Shown: positions 25,091 to 36,283, counted from the first letter of the stretch. The stretch: 37,121 nucleotides of DNA from Octopus bimaculoides (GCF_001194135.2 NC_068981.1:156977275-157014395), one strand, 5' to 3'. The notes: a model not told the origin generated them from the letters alone. Numbers and translations: made by a program.

Positions 25091-25512
25091 GTTGTTGGTA
25101 CTCCGTTGCTTACGACGTCAAAGGTTCCAGTTGATCCGATCAACGGAACAGCCTGCTCGTGAAATTAACGTGCAAGTGGCTGAGCACTCTACAGACACGT
25201 GTACCTTTAACATAGTTCTCGGGGATATTCAGTGCGGCACAGTGTGACAAGGCTGACCTTTTGAATTACAGGCACAACAGAAACAGGAAGTAAGAGTGAA
25301 AGAAAGTTGTGGTGAAAGAGTACAGCAGGGTTCGCCACCATCCCCTGCCGGAGCCTCGTNNNNNNNNNNGTGAAAGAGTACAGCAGGGTTCGCCACCATC
25401 CCCTGCCGGAGCCTCGTGGAGCTTTAGGTGTTTTCGCTCAATAAACACTCACAACGCCCAGTCTGGGAATCGAAACCGCGATCCTATGACCATAAGTCTG
25501 CTGCATCCAAAC
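25091..25512 (-). mobile_element. tRNA-derived SINE (CAA tail) spanning a 10-N gap
   Basis: The reverse strand has a B-box-like GGTTTCGATTCCC, a CpG-rich little-decayed body and a ggagtaccaacaac tail. Confidence 0.7.
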
Positions 25513-26770
25513 GTATGATCTACATGCATTACTTGAATTCTAATAAATTGGTATGGGTAAATACATTTTATGTCATAAAACTCAAAAAGATTATCTCAAA
25601 GGTTGACACTTTGGTAGAGAGATGTATAAGGACTGGATGCCTGCATGCCATAATCAATTATGGATTGCCATAATCATTATAGAAGCCATAATCAATTATG
25701 GATTGCCTGCATGCCATAATCAATTTAGCCAAGAGGATCTGCTGATGTTTTTTCAAAATCAGTAAGATGTTTGTGAAAAAGCATGGAAATTTATAGAAGC
25801 TAACATGTTATCAAACTGTAGAAACAATCTTTCCCAGCAACACCAGAAATATGGTCATACATTAGAGTCTATTGAAAGTTGATTAGTGCTGAATCAATAT
25901 TTTAAATGCAGTAGTGCACCAACAATATAAATAGCCCAGCAATTAAGGCTGTCAGTTTAGGTGATATTTTATTAGAAGTTGTCGATAAGGTTTATCTCAT
26001 TACTTATCAGATATCTGGAGTAAACACTAATACAGTGTTGTCTAAAGAGTAAATGTGAAAGAAAAAGAAAACACAAATTGTAAAGGGACATGAACTGTAA
26101 ACAAGAGAAAAATAAGCTAAGTGGTAATAGCTGCAAGACTAACAACTCTACTGTCAAAGAATGTGATGAAAATAGAATGTCAATCCAGGTTATATTTCCT
26201 CTTTCAATCCATGTTCAAATTTTTGTTATTATTGTACAAAATTCTGCTTAGGAGTACCCTTATTTCAATGTTACAAAGTTTGTTGAAAAAGATTCAGTTG
26301 CTATGTTGGCAGTTCCTAAACAATGCAACAACCTTATAGACTTGTAGTCATAATGAGGAAAATATGGGTTACAGTGGTGATAATAATGATAACAAAAATG
26401 GTGGTGACAACTATTATTTGTAGTATTATGTCTTAAAATATAAATGCTTTAAGGAAGAAATTCTTCAAAAACAAATATATAACAAGGAAAAAACATTTGC
26501 TAGATGAAAGTTGCAGCAGTAACTAGATGCCTGCAACCCTCAGGCTTCATTTCTCAATTTCATTTCCTCTAATTAATACTAATGAGCAATTTATAAAATA
26601 AACAAATGAAAAGCAATAAAGTTCTAATACCTAACAAAATAATTAGTCATTCATTAATATGGTGCAAAAAGTAGTAACTTATGATTCAAAACTAATTATT
26701 AAGACATTTTTTGTAAAGATATCTTTATTTCAAAACAAAAGTAAGAAAACCCAGTAGAAAAAGCACTTAC

Positions 26771-26837
26771 CAAAATATTCATCATAATGATTATCTTTAA
26801 AAACAAGAACAGTTGGACTCCTGGACATCCTTACATG
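26771..26837 (-). CDS. TMX3: TMX3 internal exon
   Basis: Acceptor ctaatttttcag, 67 nt in phase 0-1 (HVRMSRSPTVLVFKDNHYDEYF + G), donor GTAAGT. Matches human YVTLKEMPAVLVFKDETYFVYDE. Confidence 0.92.
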
Positions 26838-26888
26838 CTGAAAAATTAGAATTATTTCTGACATGAGAATACAGTGTAAATATATATA

Positions 26889-27795
26889 CAAGGGTTGGAC
26901 AAAATAATGGAAACACCTAGCATCATAGCATCATAATTTTGAAAAGTCTATAAAACTGTCAAAAGCTTGTTTATTTTTATGTTTTTGATTTATTATTAGT
27001 GTTGCTTAATATGTTTTTCTAAAATTGCCGTTTCTTTTCAGACATCATCAGAAAAGGTAATTAAAATTCATTAAAATGATAGATCTATCGGACTTTCAAA
27101 GAGGGCAAGTTGTTGGTGCTCGTATGGCAGGTGCTAGCGTAACAAAAACAGCCGAAATGTTTGGTGTATCAAGAAGTACTATCTCGAAAGTAATGACAGC
27201 CTTTGAGAAAGAGTGAAAAACCTCCTTGTCAAAACAAAACTACAGTAGAAAACCAAAACTTTCAGATAGGAACCATCGGACTCTTACACGAATTGTTAGA
27301 AAGGATCACAAAAGTACAGCTCCCAAAATTACTGCAGAGCTTAATGACCACCTCAAGAACCCAGTTTCCACATAAACTGTTCACTGGGAACTACACAAAG
27401 CTGGATTTCATTGGAGGGCTTCAATCAGAAAACCACTACTTCAAAAACAAATGTTGCAAAGCGTTTAGAGTGGAGTAAAAACCTCCAGAATTGGTCCTTA
27501 GAGCAGTGGAAGAATGTTATTTTCTCGGATGAGTCATTCTTTACCCTATTTTCGAACACCAGTCGAGTATACATGTGGACACAGCCAAAAGAAGCATTTG
27601 ACCCAGACTGCCTTCTTCCAACTGTTAAACATGGAGGAGGATCTGTTATCTGGAGGGGGTGGCAATATCTTGGAAATCCGCCAGCCCAATGCTTTCCCTT
27701 CATGGCAGAATAATAGTCAAGAGTATTTAAGCATTTTATCTGATCAAATTCATCTTGTGGTTGCGGAACTCTTTCTAGAGGGAAACGCAATCTTT
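26889..27795 (+). mobile_element. 3'-truncated Tc1-type transposon pseudogene in a TMX3 intron
   Basis: Left TIR TA-CAAGGGTTGGACAAAATAATGGAAACACC. ATG at 27076 gives MIDLSDFQRGQVVGARMAGASVTKTAEMFGVSRSTISKV (paired-like HTH), with stops and frameshifts, then WKNVIFSDES and PTVKHGGGSV, then QEYLSILSDQIH...EGNAIF. Breaks just before the expected QDDNAP. No right TIR seen. Confidence 0.92.
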
Positions 27796-28444
27796 TTTAT
27801 TCTTCTTGTATTTTTAATATTCTCTAGACAATCACAGATTGCACAGGCAACTTTAATGATCTATGCATTTAACCCCTCAAACCAGCTACTAAGTTACAAT
27901 CTTTATTTACTAACTAAGCAGCAAAGAGTTAGAGTTAACTATTTCTGTGCTATGTGAACATTCTTGCTTACTTCAGCCTGTGGTATTTTGAAGAAAAGAA
28001 GAATTCTGGATTTGAAAGAGTTGAACATTAGGGAAAGAAAAATAAAAGGAGAATAAAATTTAAAATGCCACTTAAATGTCTTCAACAGATGTTGATTATA
28101 CTTTTCCCATGCTGTAATATTCTCATTGCTATCAGGTGATAACATGCTCCAATCATTATATAAACATTTCTCTTAGATGGTTTCACTGATCAATCCCATA
28201 TGCTTCAAAATCATTACTTCTTTCTCCTCCTTTTATCTGCAAATGTTCTCTCACAACATACATTTATGAATGGGCTGTAATATAAGTTCTAAATATCTCC
28301 TTCCATAACTAAGTCTTCTTTCTCCCACTTTCAATTTGTGAATATGCTGAAGTGTGCATTTTATCGTAAGTAACAGCTTTAATATTTGAAACTTTATTCT
28401 GGATAACAAAATACTGAATGTTTGAAATTTTGTTTTAGATTAAA

Positions 28445-28544
<100 letters not shown>

Positions 28545-28711
28545 ATTCATTCATACAGTAAGCTAACATGTTAAATCATGTAATCTTAAAAAAATATATG
28601 AGAATGTTTGCGTACATATGTCATTTACGTAACATATTTCAACCATAGTTCTGCTCTGACATCTTTGAAGAACAAATCATTCATCATGATCTTATAGGAA
28701 AAAGAAAGCAA

Positions 28712-28850
28712 TTTAAGCTTTAGAACACTGTAGGTGCATCATGTTGTCATATGAGTTTTCTCCCCTCTCAATACAACACAATGTGCTTGCGGCTACAGGG
28801 GAGAAAACTCATATGGCGACATGATGCACTTTAAGCATGCTAAAGGTAAA
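28712..28850. repeat. Short palindromic element with a 33-bp stem (possible TTAA-MITE derivative)
   Basis: Arms at 28734-28766 and 28797-28829. Outer ttaagctttag / ctaaaggtaaa resemble the MITE termini. Confidence 0.8.
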
Positions 28851-28936
28851 TCAATCTGACCATTTTTTCCTTTCCTATTGTGTCATAATGGTTGTATAAA
28901 ACTTGAAACAGAGATAAACGATAATGCTATACTTAC

Positions 28937-29014
28937 TGGTGGTAATACTCTGCTTTCCCCCACATAAAAATAGCTTTGGATTAGTTGTCTCCTAGCTGTC
29001 AATACATACTTTTT
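28937..29014 (-). CDS. TMX3: TMX3 internal exon
   Basis: Poly-T acceptor ttttttttttcag, 78 nt in phase 0-0 (KKYVLTARRQLIQSYFYVGESRVLPP), donor GTAAGT. Same length and motif as human EKYIDAASELIVYTYFFSASEEVVPE. Confidence 0.9.
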
Positions 29015-31369
29015 CTGAAAAAAAAAACCCCATTAAAATATGTATAAAGGAAAAAATCTCAGGAGTAATGAAACAAAAATTATGACCAGATACAATCTGG
29101 TGTTAGTAGAAGAAGAGTTTGGTAAATTGTAATACAATGAAATATAGTAAATGGTATTGCTGCTATGTCTACAATTTGTACTGATTGCAGTCAGTATTTA
29201 CAGATATTCTATAGTCCATATAAGAAATAAACTATCATATCTATATATGTAAGAAATGTGAGACTGTATTTAAAAATTATGAGTAGTTGAATGTCTACAG
29301 AATGTATACTATAAATTTCATTGTTTTATTTATAAATGAGGAGCCTTGGTGGTAGGATCAAACTACAGTAGCTATTCTGGTCATCAGAGCCAGTTGAAGA
29401 ATATTTGGAATGAGATTTGACACAATTGACAACACTAGGAATGTGATACTGTGCAAACTGGAAAGAATCAGTTTTGCAGACAGTTAGAAATGTCAAAAAG
29501 AGACAAAAGGATCAGTAATTGTTAAGCATGAAATTCAACAAAAACATTATGCATCCTCAGGCCAAACTGTAAAACCATTTAGCTAAATTTAAAATAAGAA
29601 CTCTTTTCATTTTCATTTGAGTGATTGATGACATAAAGGGCATCTAGCTATAAAGTAACTGGTTTAGAAATGTATGCTACATGTGTTAAATTACAAAAGC
29701 ATTCAACACATGGCAACTGGAGGCTTAAAAAAATTAGATGAAAGCTATTTCACACTCAAATGCCAGAATGGAAATAAACTTTTAAATAATATATTCTAGT
29801 TAATTTTATGAAACAGTTATCTTTGTATGCATCAAGCAAATATATATGCACACACATACACATATATATGTGTGTATACACATATGTGTATACATATATA
29901 TATATATGTGTGTGTGTATACACACGTGTATACACATATGCATGCCTACACATGATGAAATAATAAATACAGGGTGTTAATAAAATAGACAAAAAAGGAA
30001 CATAATCCAAGATTAGGGCAACAATTAATTAAACTGCCTCTTAAACAACAAAACAAACAAACATATATAAAATAGATTTGTAAAAGCAACTAAAAAATGA
30101 AAATATTTATGAGGCACTTCCTAACAGATATGCTAACTTAAAATATAAGTAAAGAGAATAAACATAGAAGTAGAAGAGTAAAAATTTAATTGCCTAAGCT
30201 TGACTGCTTTCAGTTAACATTTTACTAAATAGTATTAATGAAAATAAAGTCCTCTCTATACTCAATTCAGGCATTTGATTTGCTAACGAATAGTCTTCAA
30301 CAACAATAAGAATTCAGCATTTTCCTCAACATTAAGTCTAATATTTCAAATATATTTTACAATATATATCAAGTCTTAATTGCTACCAATTTTTGGAAAA
30401 TTTCTCCCTCGTCTATTTCCCCATCTCCTCCCTCCTTCTCTTTCTACATTATAAAGTAACCTTATTCTTTCAGACTAAAAATCTATTATTCCATTAACTT
30501 TCAGAACATTGCAAATGTTATACCAGATAGCGGGGTAACCTTTTAAAATATTTTATCTGTTTCACATACATTTTAAACTCAACAATACCAACACTGCTGC
30601 CTCCACCATTACCACAACTATAGCAGCATCAGCAACAATTTAATATCCCCAACATCATGTTGACATAGTTTGAAGAACACTGTAATATGACATCTTTCAA
30701 GGTTTTTTTACCCCTGAATTTTTTCCTTTGAAAGCTACTAATAATCAACTCCAATGGTTTTTTTGATCTAACTCTAAAATCCTGCATCTTCCACTATTAT
30801 TGCAATGTACTTCATCATTTGACATACAAAATCCATTCAGATTTTAAATATATGCTAGTGAATACATCTCTAACAATAAATTCATCTTCTTTTTTTTGGG
30901 GGGGGGATACTGGTTTATATTTGAAATAAATACTCATTTGCTTCTTAAACTCATCATCATCATTTAACATTTGTTTTCCATGCTGATATGGGCTGAGTCT
31001 ATCTTTGAATATACTCAGAATCCTCAAAAGCTTAGTATATCTTTGAAGATCACATTACATATTATACTTAACTTGCTCTTCTTCAGATGCTGACATCAAT
31101 GCCCTAGTTTATTATATATAACACTTCTGATACAGGTATCATATAATCTGTTCAATTTACAGAGATAAAATGTTTTTGTTGTTAACAATTGCACCATACA
31201 ACTTAACTAACAGAATTTATCTACTAGTTCTAACAAACCTTCTGGCAGAACAAGGTATCCAGCAATTGTCCACCAGTTCTGTTCCCTACAAAAAGATCTA
31301 ATGGCACCACTTACTGAATATACTAATAACATAAACAAGCCAATGAGCAAGCCACTACATAATCACCAA

Positions 31370-31530
31370 GTCTACTAGATATAGCAGCAAAATCTCTTTG
31401 CAAAACACTTTTCTATCTTTAAAAATAACACATTTGATAATGTGAAGTAAAAGATAGAATAAACACAGGTGGATGACATTTGGTCATCAGTTTGTTCAAT
31501 CAGGACGGACCTGAGGCCAAATTACAATTA
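31370..31530 (+). repeat. Same unclassified family
   Basis: ctactagatatagcagcaaaatctc ... gttcaatcaggacggacctgaggcc. Confidence 0.5.
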
Positions 31531-31650
31531 ACTACTTAATAATTAAATCCATTCTATAGGAATTTCAGGAAGAAGCAAGTAAGAATAGGAAAGATTTTGA
31601 CATAGTAGCAGTAAGTGAAAAAGAAATTAATGTATTAAGTAGGTTTAGAT

Positions 31651-31915
31651 CAGGGGTGGGGAAACCCCTGCCCACAGGTGTAAATGCGCCTGTGAGCACA
31701 TTCTATTGCGCCCGAAGGCCGATATACTTGTGTGTACAAAGTATAATAAATTTTTCAATTATAAAATTTATACAATATTCATATGCCTATTTGCAACATA
31801 AGTTGCGTTTCCACTACAGCTTAAAATGGTTAGACTCAAAATGAAATTGTTCCTTTTGAATGGAAATTTTGTTTTCACTATAAAACACATATTGCTAGGT
31901 TTGTACCACCCCACT
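31651..31915 (+). mobile_element. Possible hAT-type non-autonomous element
   Basis: Left end CAGGGGTGGGGAAACC...gcccacagg resembles hAT TIRs. The right end is degenerate and no 8-bp TSD was found. Confidence 0.35.
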
Positions 31916-32067
31916 TGAGACCAAACTACACTCTAACTGAAAATTATAGAATACCACATAAGCAAAATAAACAAGTAAGAAAAAAGATAAAAGATAGTAA
32001 AATTAATGATGAGGCTGTCGTGAGTTAAGGTGAGTAAAGCTATGAGATTACTGTAGTACTCTTTCCA

Positions 32068-32470
32068 CAGGAGCAGGCATGGCTGTGTGATTAAGAAGCT
32101 CACTTTGTAACCATATAATTTCAGGTTCAAACCCACAGTGCAGCACCTTAGGCAAATGTCTTTTACTATAACCCCAGGCCAATTAATGCTATGTGAAGGA
32201 ATTTGGTAGATGGAAACTGTGTGGAAGCCCATCATTTGTGTTGTGAGAGAGAGAGAGAGAGAGAGTGTGTGTGTGCCTTTGTGTTTGTTAGGTCTCTCCC
32301 ACCACTTGACAGCTAATGTTGTTTTGTTTACAACCCTGTAACTTGGATAAAATAAGTTTCAGACTTTAGAAAATAAGCATATGGGTCAGTTAGTTTACCT
32401 TAAACCCTTTAAGGTAATGGTCAAGCATGGAAATAGTCCAATAACTCAAACAAGTAAATGATAAAAGATA
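32068..32470 (+). mobile_element. Composite tRNA-SINE, near full length
   Basis: ggcatggctgtgtgattaagaag head, caggttcaaaccc B box, ggcaaatgtctt..ggtagatggaaactg core, microsatellite linker, aacaagtaaatgataaaaga tail. Confidence 0.7.
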
Positions 32471-32688
32471 ACATAAATGTAGATTATATAGTTAAGTGAT
32501 ACTCAAGGAGTAAAAACAATAAGTAAAGTAACATAATAATTTAGAGGTAACAAGAGTAAGACAGGTGAATAGTTTATCATGTATTAAAGAAGTGAATGAT
32601 TAAAATTTGATTTTTAAAAAGTCAAAATATCAGATGATCTAAATGAAACTTCTAAGCAAAAGAATGAATAAAGAAACTCTGTACTCAC

Positions 32689-32803
32689 ATATAATATAAT
32701 GTCTGGTGATTCTTTGCCGATATACATGAAAAATACTTCATTATGATGATGTTGCGCAATCTCTGTAAACTTACCCTCACTGGTTATATAGTTAACAGGA
32801 TCC
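32689..32803 (-). CDS. TMX3: TMX3 (thioredoxin-related transmembrane protein 3, PDI family) internal exon, most 5' exon in the window
   Basis: Acceptor tttag, then 115 nt (1 nt + 38 codons: DPVNYITSEGKFTEIAQHHHNEVFFMYIGKESPDIILY), then donor GTGAGT. Resembles human TMX3 ALIRPLPSQQMFEHMQKRHRVFFVYVGGESPLK (recalled from memory). Ends in phase 0, matching the next exon. Confidence 0.88.
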
Positions 32804-32944
32804 CTAAACAGAAACATACACACACATATATATATATTTATATATATAAAAGTTTTCAGGGAACTGGGATTTTTTTTCTTTTAAGCGGATACTAGATCAA
32901 TTATTGAAAATTATAACTAGGGTCAGGTTAATACATAAGCTTAA

Positions 32945-33276
32945 AAAAAGGGGTAAAGACCCCTTTCAATCATGAATGACCATGGGATTGCACCTAGAAA
33001 ATTCTCATCTGAGGAACAAGTTTGGGCAAGGTTGTTTATGGAAGACCAGCAGTCACTCATGCATACCAGCCTCCCCTATCCATGACAACAATGTTATCCC
33101 AAGGGATACAGCTTGGCACCAGTAACATCGCAACTCATTTCTACAGCTGAGTGAACTGGAGTAATATGAAATAAAGTGTCTTGCTTAAGAACACAACACA
33201 GCCCAGTCCAGGAATTGAACACACTAAGTCATGATTGAGAGTCCAGCGCTCTAACCACCGAGCCATGTGTCTTCAC
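32945..33276 (-). mobile_element. Full-length tRNA-derived SINE with a perfect 13-bp TSD
   Basis: A box TGGCTCGGTGG and B box GTTCAATTCC on the minus strand. TACATAAGCTTAA is duplicated at 32932-32944 and 33277-33289. Confidence 0.9.
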
Positions 33277-33783
33277 TACATAAGCTTAAGAGGCTTAAAT
33301 CCTAGGAAATCAAGTAGTCTATGCAATGCCCATTACTTCATTTGATAATACTAAAGGCACTAGTATTCATGAAAGCAGAGAAGTGCAAGTCAGCTGGTAA
33401 TACTTATAGCTCTCCAAAATATATTAACAGCAAGATTAGAATTTATTTCTACAAATTAGCAAAATACTTGTGAAGAACACAGTACCACCTACAGTTACAT
33501 CAATGATCTACACCATAACAGATGTCATTCCTAGATAATTAATATTTAAGTGTCTTAGCTGAATGTCATAAGGCAATTAGTCAACATGTATATACACAAT
33601 ATACACACACAGACTCATTATTAATATATCGGTAGGGCATAAAAAAAGACTGAACAAAATTTGAATGAGCAATAATTTTAATATCAAAGCCAAGCAACAG
33701 AACAAAAATGCATTCCAGTGTTTCACTTCACAACAATATTATGTGCATTAAACATACACATACATCTATGAAATTTCATATAT

Positions 33784-34053
33784 CATCATCATCATCATCA
33801 TCACCATTTAACATCTATTTTCCATGCTGGTATGGGTTGGACAGTTTGACTAAAAACTGGTAAGCCGAGGAGCTGCACCAAGTTCCAACCTTAATTGGCA
33901 AGGTTCCTATGGCTGGCTGCCCTTCCTAATGCCAACCACTCTGAGAGTGTAGTGGGTGCTTTTACGTGCCACCAGCACGAGCTCTAGTCACGCTCAAAAT
34001 GGTGTTTTTTATGTGCCACCTGCACAAGAGTCAGTCCAGTGGCACTGGCAACG
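33784..34053 (-). mobile_element. RTE 3' UTR fragment
   Basis: (CAT)n tail and the shared UTR. Confidence 0.7.
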
Positions 34054-34084
34054 ATATATATATAGTCAATTCAAACATCAACAA

Positions 34085-34270
34085 GCACGAAAAAACATGA
34101 AAAACCATGCAAGGACGTGGAATAAGTACAGTGTTATTGGATGCTCAAGAAAGGAAAGAAAAGAAAGAGGATTTAACATTTCGATCGGAGATCTTCGTCA
34201 GAAATATAGGAAAAGTCCAAAGAAGGGAAGACAGAGAAGGAAAATCGCCAACAATGCACACGCGGTCACA
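34085..34270 (-). mobile_element. Penelope-like element end fragment
   Basis: The reverse strand has ctgacgaagatctccgatcgaaatgtt, resembling the CTGATGAAG...CGAAAC motif of Penelope-like ends (recognised from memory). Confidence 0.5.
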
Positions 34271-34340
34271 TATTGGAATGACCGGAAGGGAAAGGATGGA
34301 GAAAAAGTTCTTTTCAAAGACAGGGGAGTGCAAGAGAAGG

Positions 34341-34376
<36 letters not shown>

Positions 34377-34450
34377 ATAATGATAGCATGTGTGTCACCA
34401 TGCCAGCATGGGGAATAGACACTAAATGGTGGTGGTGATGATATATATTA

Positions 34451-34882
34451 TGTCCTAGTGGTTAGGGTGTTACTTTCACAATCATGAAATTGTTGTTTAA
34501 CCCTTTAGCATTCACATTATTCTGTCAAATGCAATACTTATTTATTCACATTGTTTTGCATTGATCATGCATTATCTTATAACTTTTAGATTTTGATGAG
34601 GTAACTGCTAATTTTTAGAATATCATAAGATTGGTGTTAGAGGCCATATCTGATCAGTTTGAACATAGCGCAGGTAGAGCATTTTGGCTGGATATGGCCG
34701 GTTTAAATACTAAAAGGTAAAATTCCTAGATGGGTGATGCATTGTGTTTTTGAGCAAACCACTTTGTTTCATGTTGCTCTGCAATCACTTCAACGTCTAA
34801 CATGTAGCACGTCATGTGCCTGGACAAGCAATGTCAATTTGATGGAGGGAGTGAGCTAATGTACAACACAAACATTTAATAC
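34451..34882 (+). mobile_element. tRNA-derived SINE interrupted by a MITE
   Basis: tgtcctagtggttagggtg (A box) ... [MITE] ... aattcctagatgggtgatgcattgtgtttttgagcaaacc..., matching the head structure of the 32945-33276 SINE. Confidence 0.65.
34497..34721 (+). mobile_element. TTAA MITE nested in a tRNA-SINE
   Basis: TTAACCCTTTAGCATTCACATT ... AATACTAAAAGGTAAA. The SINE sequence resumes afterwards (aattcctaga). Confidence 0.8.
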
Positions 34883-34884
34883 AA

Positions 34885-35343
34885 CCGCACCAGTGGAGCA
34901 CTAACAGCACTGTCGAGCGTGTTCATTGCCAGAACAGCTGTCTGGCTTCCGTGCTAGTGGCCCGTAAATAGCACCATTTGAGCATAATCATTACTAGCAT
35001 TGCCTTCTAGCACTTGTGCTGGTGGCACGTTAGAAAATCATCTGAGCGAGTTCATTGCCAGTTCCGCTGGACTGGCTCCCATGCAGGTGGAACGTAAAAT
35101 ACACCATTTCGAGCATGGCCGTTGCCAGTACCTCCTGACTGGCCTTCGTGCCGGTGGCACGTAAAAGCACCCACTCTTTGAGTGGTTGGTGTTAGGAAGG
35201 GCATCCAGCTGTAGAAACTCTGCCAAATCAGATTGGAGCCTGATGTAGCCATCTGGTTCACCAGTCCTCAGTCAAATCGTCCAACCCATGCTAGCATGGA
35301 AAGCGGACGTTAAATGATGATGATGATGATGATAATGATGATG
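34885..35343 (+). mobile_element. RTE-tailed repeat, long 3' UTR variant, young
   Basis: Shared UTR ending gcggacgttaaa(tga)n. Confidence 0.75.
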
Positions 35344-35732
35344 AAATCATTTGTGTGGGTTGTTCAGCAAGAAATTGTGGAATCGTCTTTCTCAGACGTG
35401 AGAGACTATGCCCACACCCAATCTCTATCTATATGCTTCTACAGGTACTTTAATTTCAGTTGGAATTTCCAAATCAACTCACCCCAAGAAACCTTCATGA
35501 AAGACCATCTATTCTTGCCATCTTCATTGAATACCATTGGATGATGATGATAGCAAAATGGCAGATACCTTCTCCCAACATTCTCATGATGATGTTGATA
35601 ATGTAGGATCAATTAGGATGTCCATCTCTATCACATACCCTTGACTTTGGTCAGTGAATTTTGTGGTGGGATGTTTGCATCCATCATGAGACATCAGCAA
35701 AAGGGTATGCACACACAGACACACACATATAT

Positions 35733-35858
35733 GATTCCTTCAGTTTCTATCTACCAAATCTACTCAGAAGGCTTTGGTTGGCCCAGGGACTGAACCTGAG
35801 ACCACATGGTTGGGAAGCATATGCTTGCCTGTGTGCTTATTACTACACCTGTGCCTAT
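35733..35858 (-). mobile_element. Composite-SINE 5' half with internal deletion
   Basis: Reverse head and core, joined at ggccca/gggactgaacc. Confidence 0.6.
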
Positions 35859-36129
35859 GCGTATGTGTGTATAAATCAACCTTCATCTCCACTGCCATCA
35901 CTATCCAACATCAACATGTGTGCAATCAACACAAAAACCATTAAGAACACTACCATTAACAACCCACCAACTTTTGAATAACCAACTAGTAACAACATTA
36001 TTTGTGATGTCTGTAGCTGCATGTGTTGTCTGTCAAAACAGTTGTGTGTGTAAGTGAGTGGAGTATGGAGTTTTTATGACACAAGTCAGAGGTGGAACAT
36101 GTGAAGTGCTCATGAACCTGCACTTTCTC

Positions 36130-36283
36130 CAGGTATGGCTGTGTGATTAAAAAGTTCACTTTTCAACCATATGGTTTCACGTTCAGTCCCACAACGCAGT
36201 ACATAGGACAAATGTCTTCTGTTATAGCTCCAGGCCACTGAAAGCCTTCTGAGTAGATTTGATAGATGAGTAAGTGAAAAAAG
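36130..36283 (+). mobile_element. Composite-SINE 5' half
   Basis: caggtatggctgtgtgattaaaaag head, gttcagtccc B-box-like motif and core. Confidence 0.7.

Noticed and set aside
25312-25417. Exact 48-bp direct repeat (25312-25359 and 25370-25417)
   Set aside because: It flanks a 10-N gap exactly. This is the pattern of overlapping contig ends in scaffolding, so it is an assembly artefact.
31070-31110. Minus-strand SASEEEQV resembling human TMX3 FSASEEVV
   Set aside because: There is an upstream in-frame stop and no good donor. The true equivalent exon is 29014-28937.
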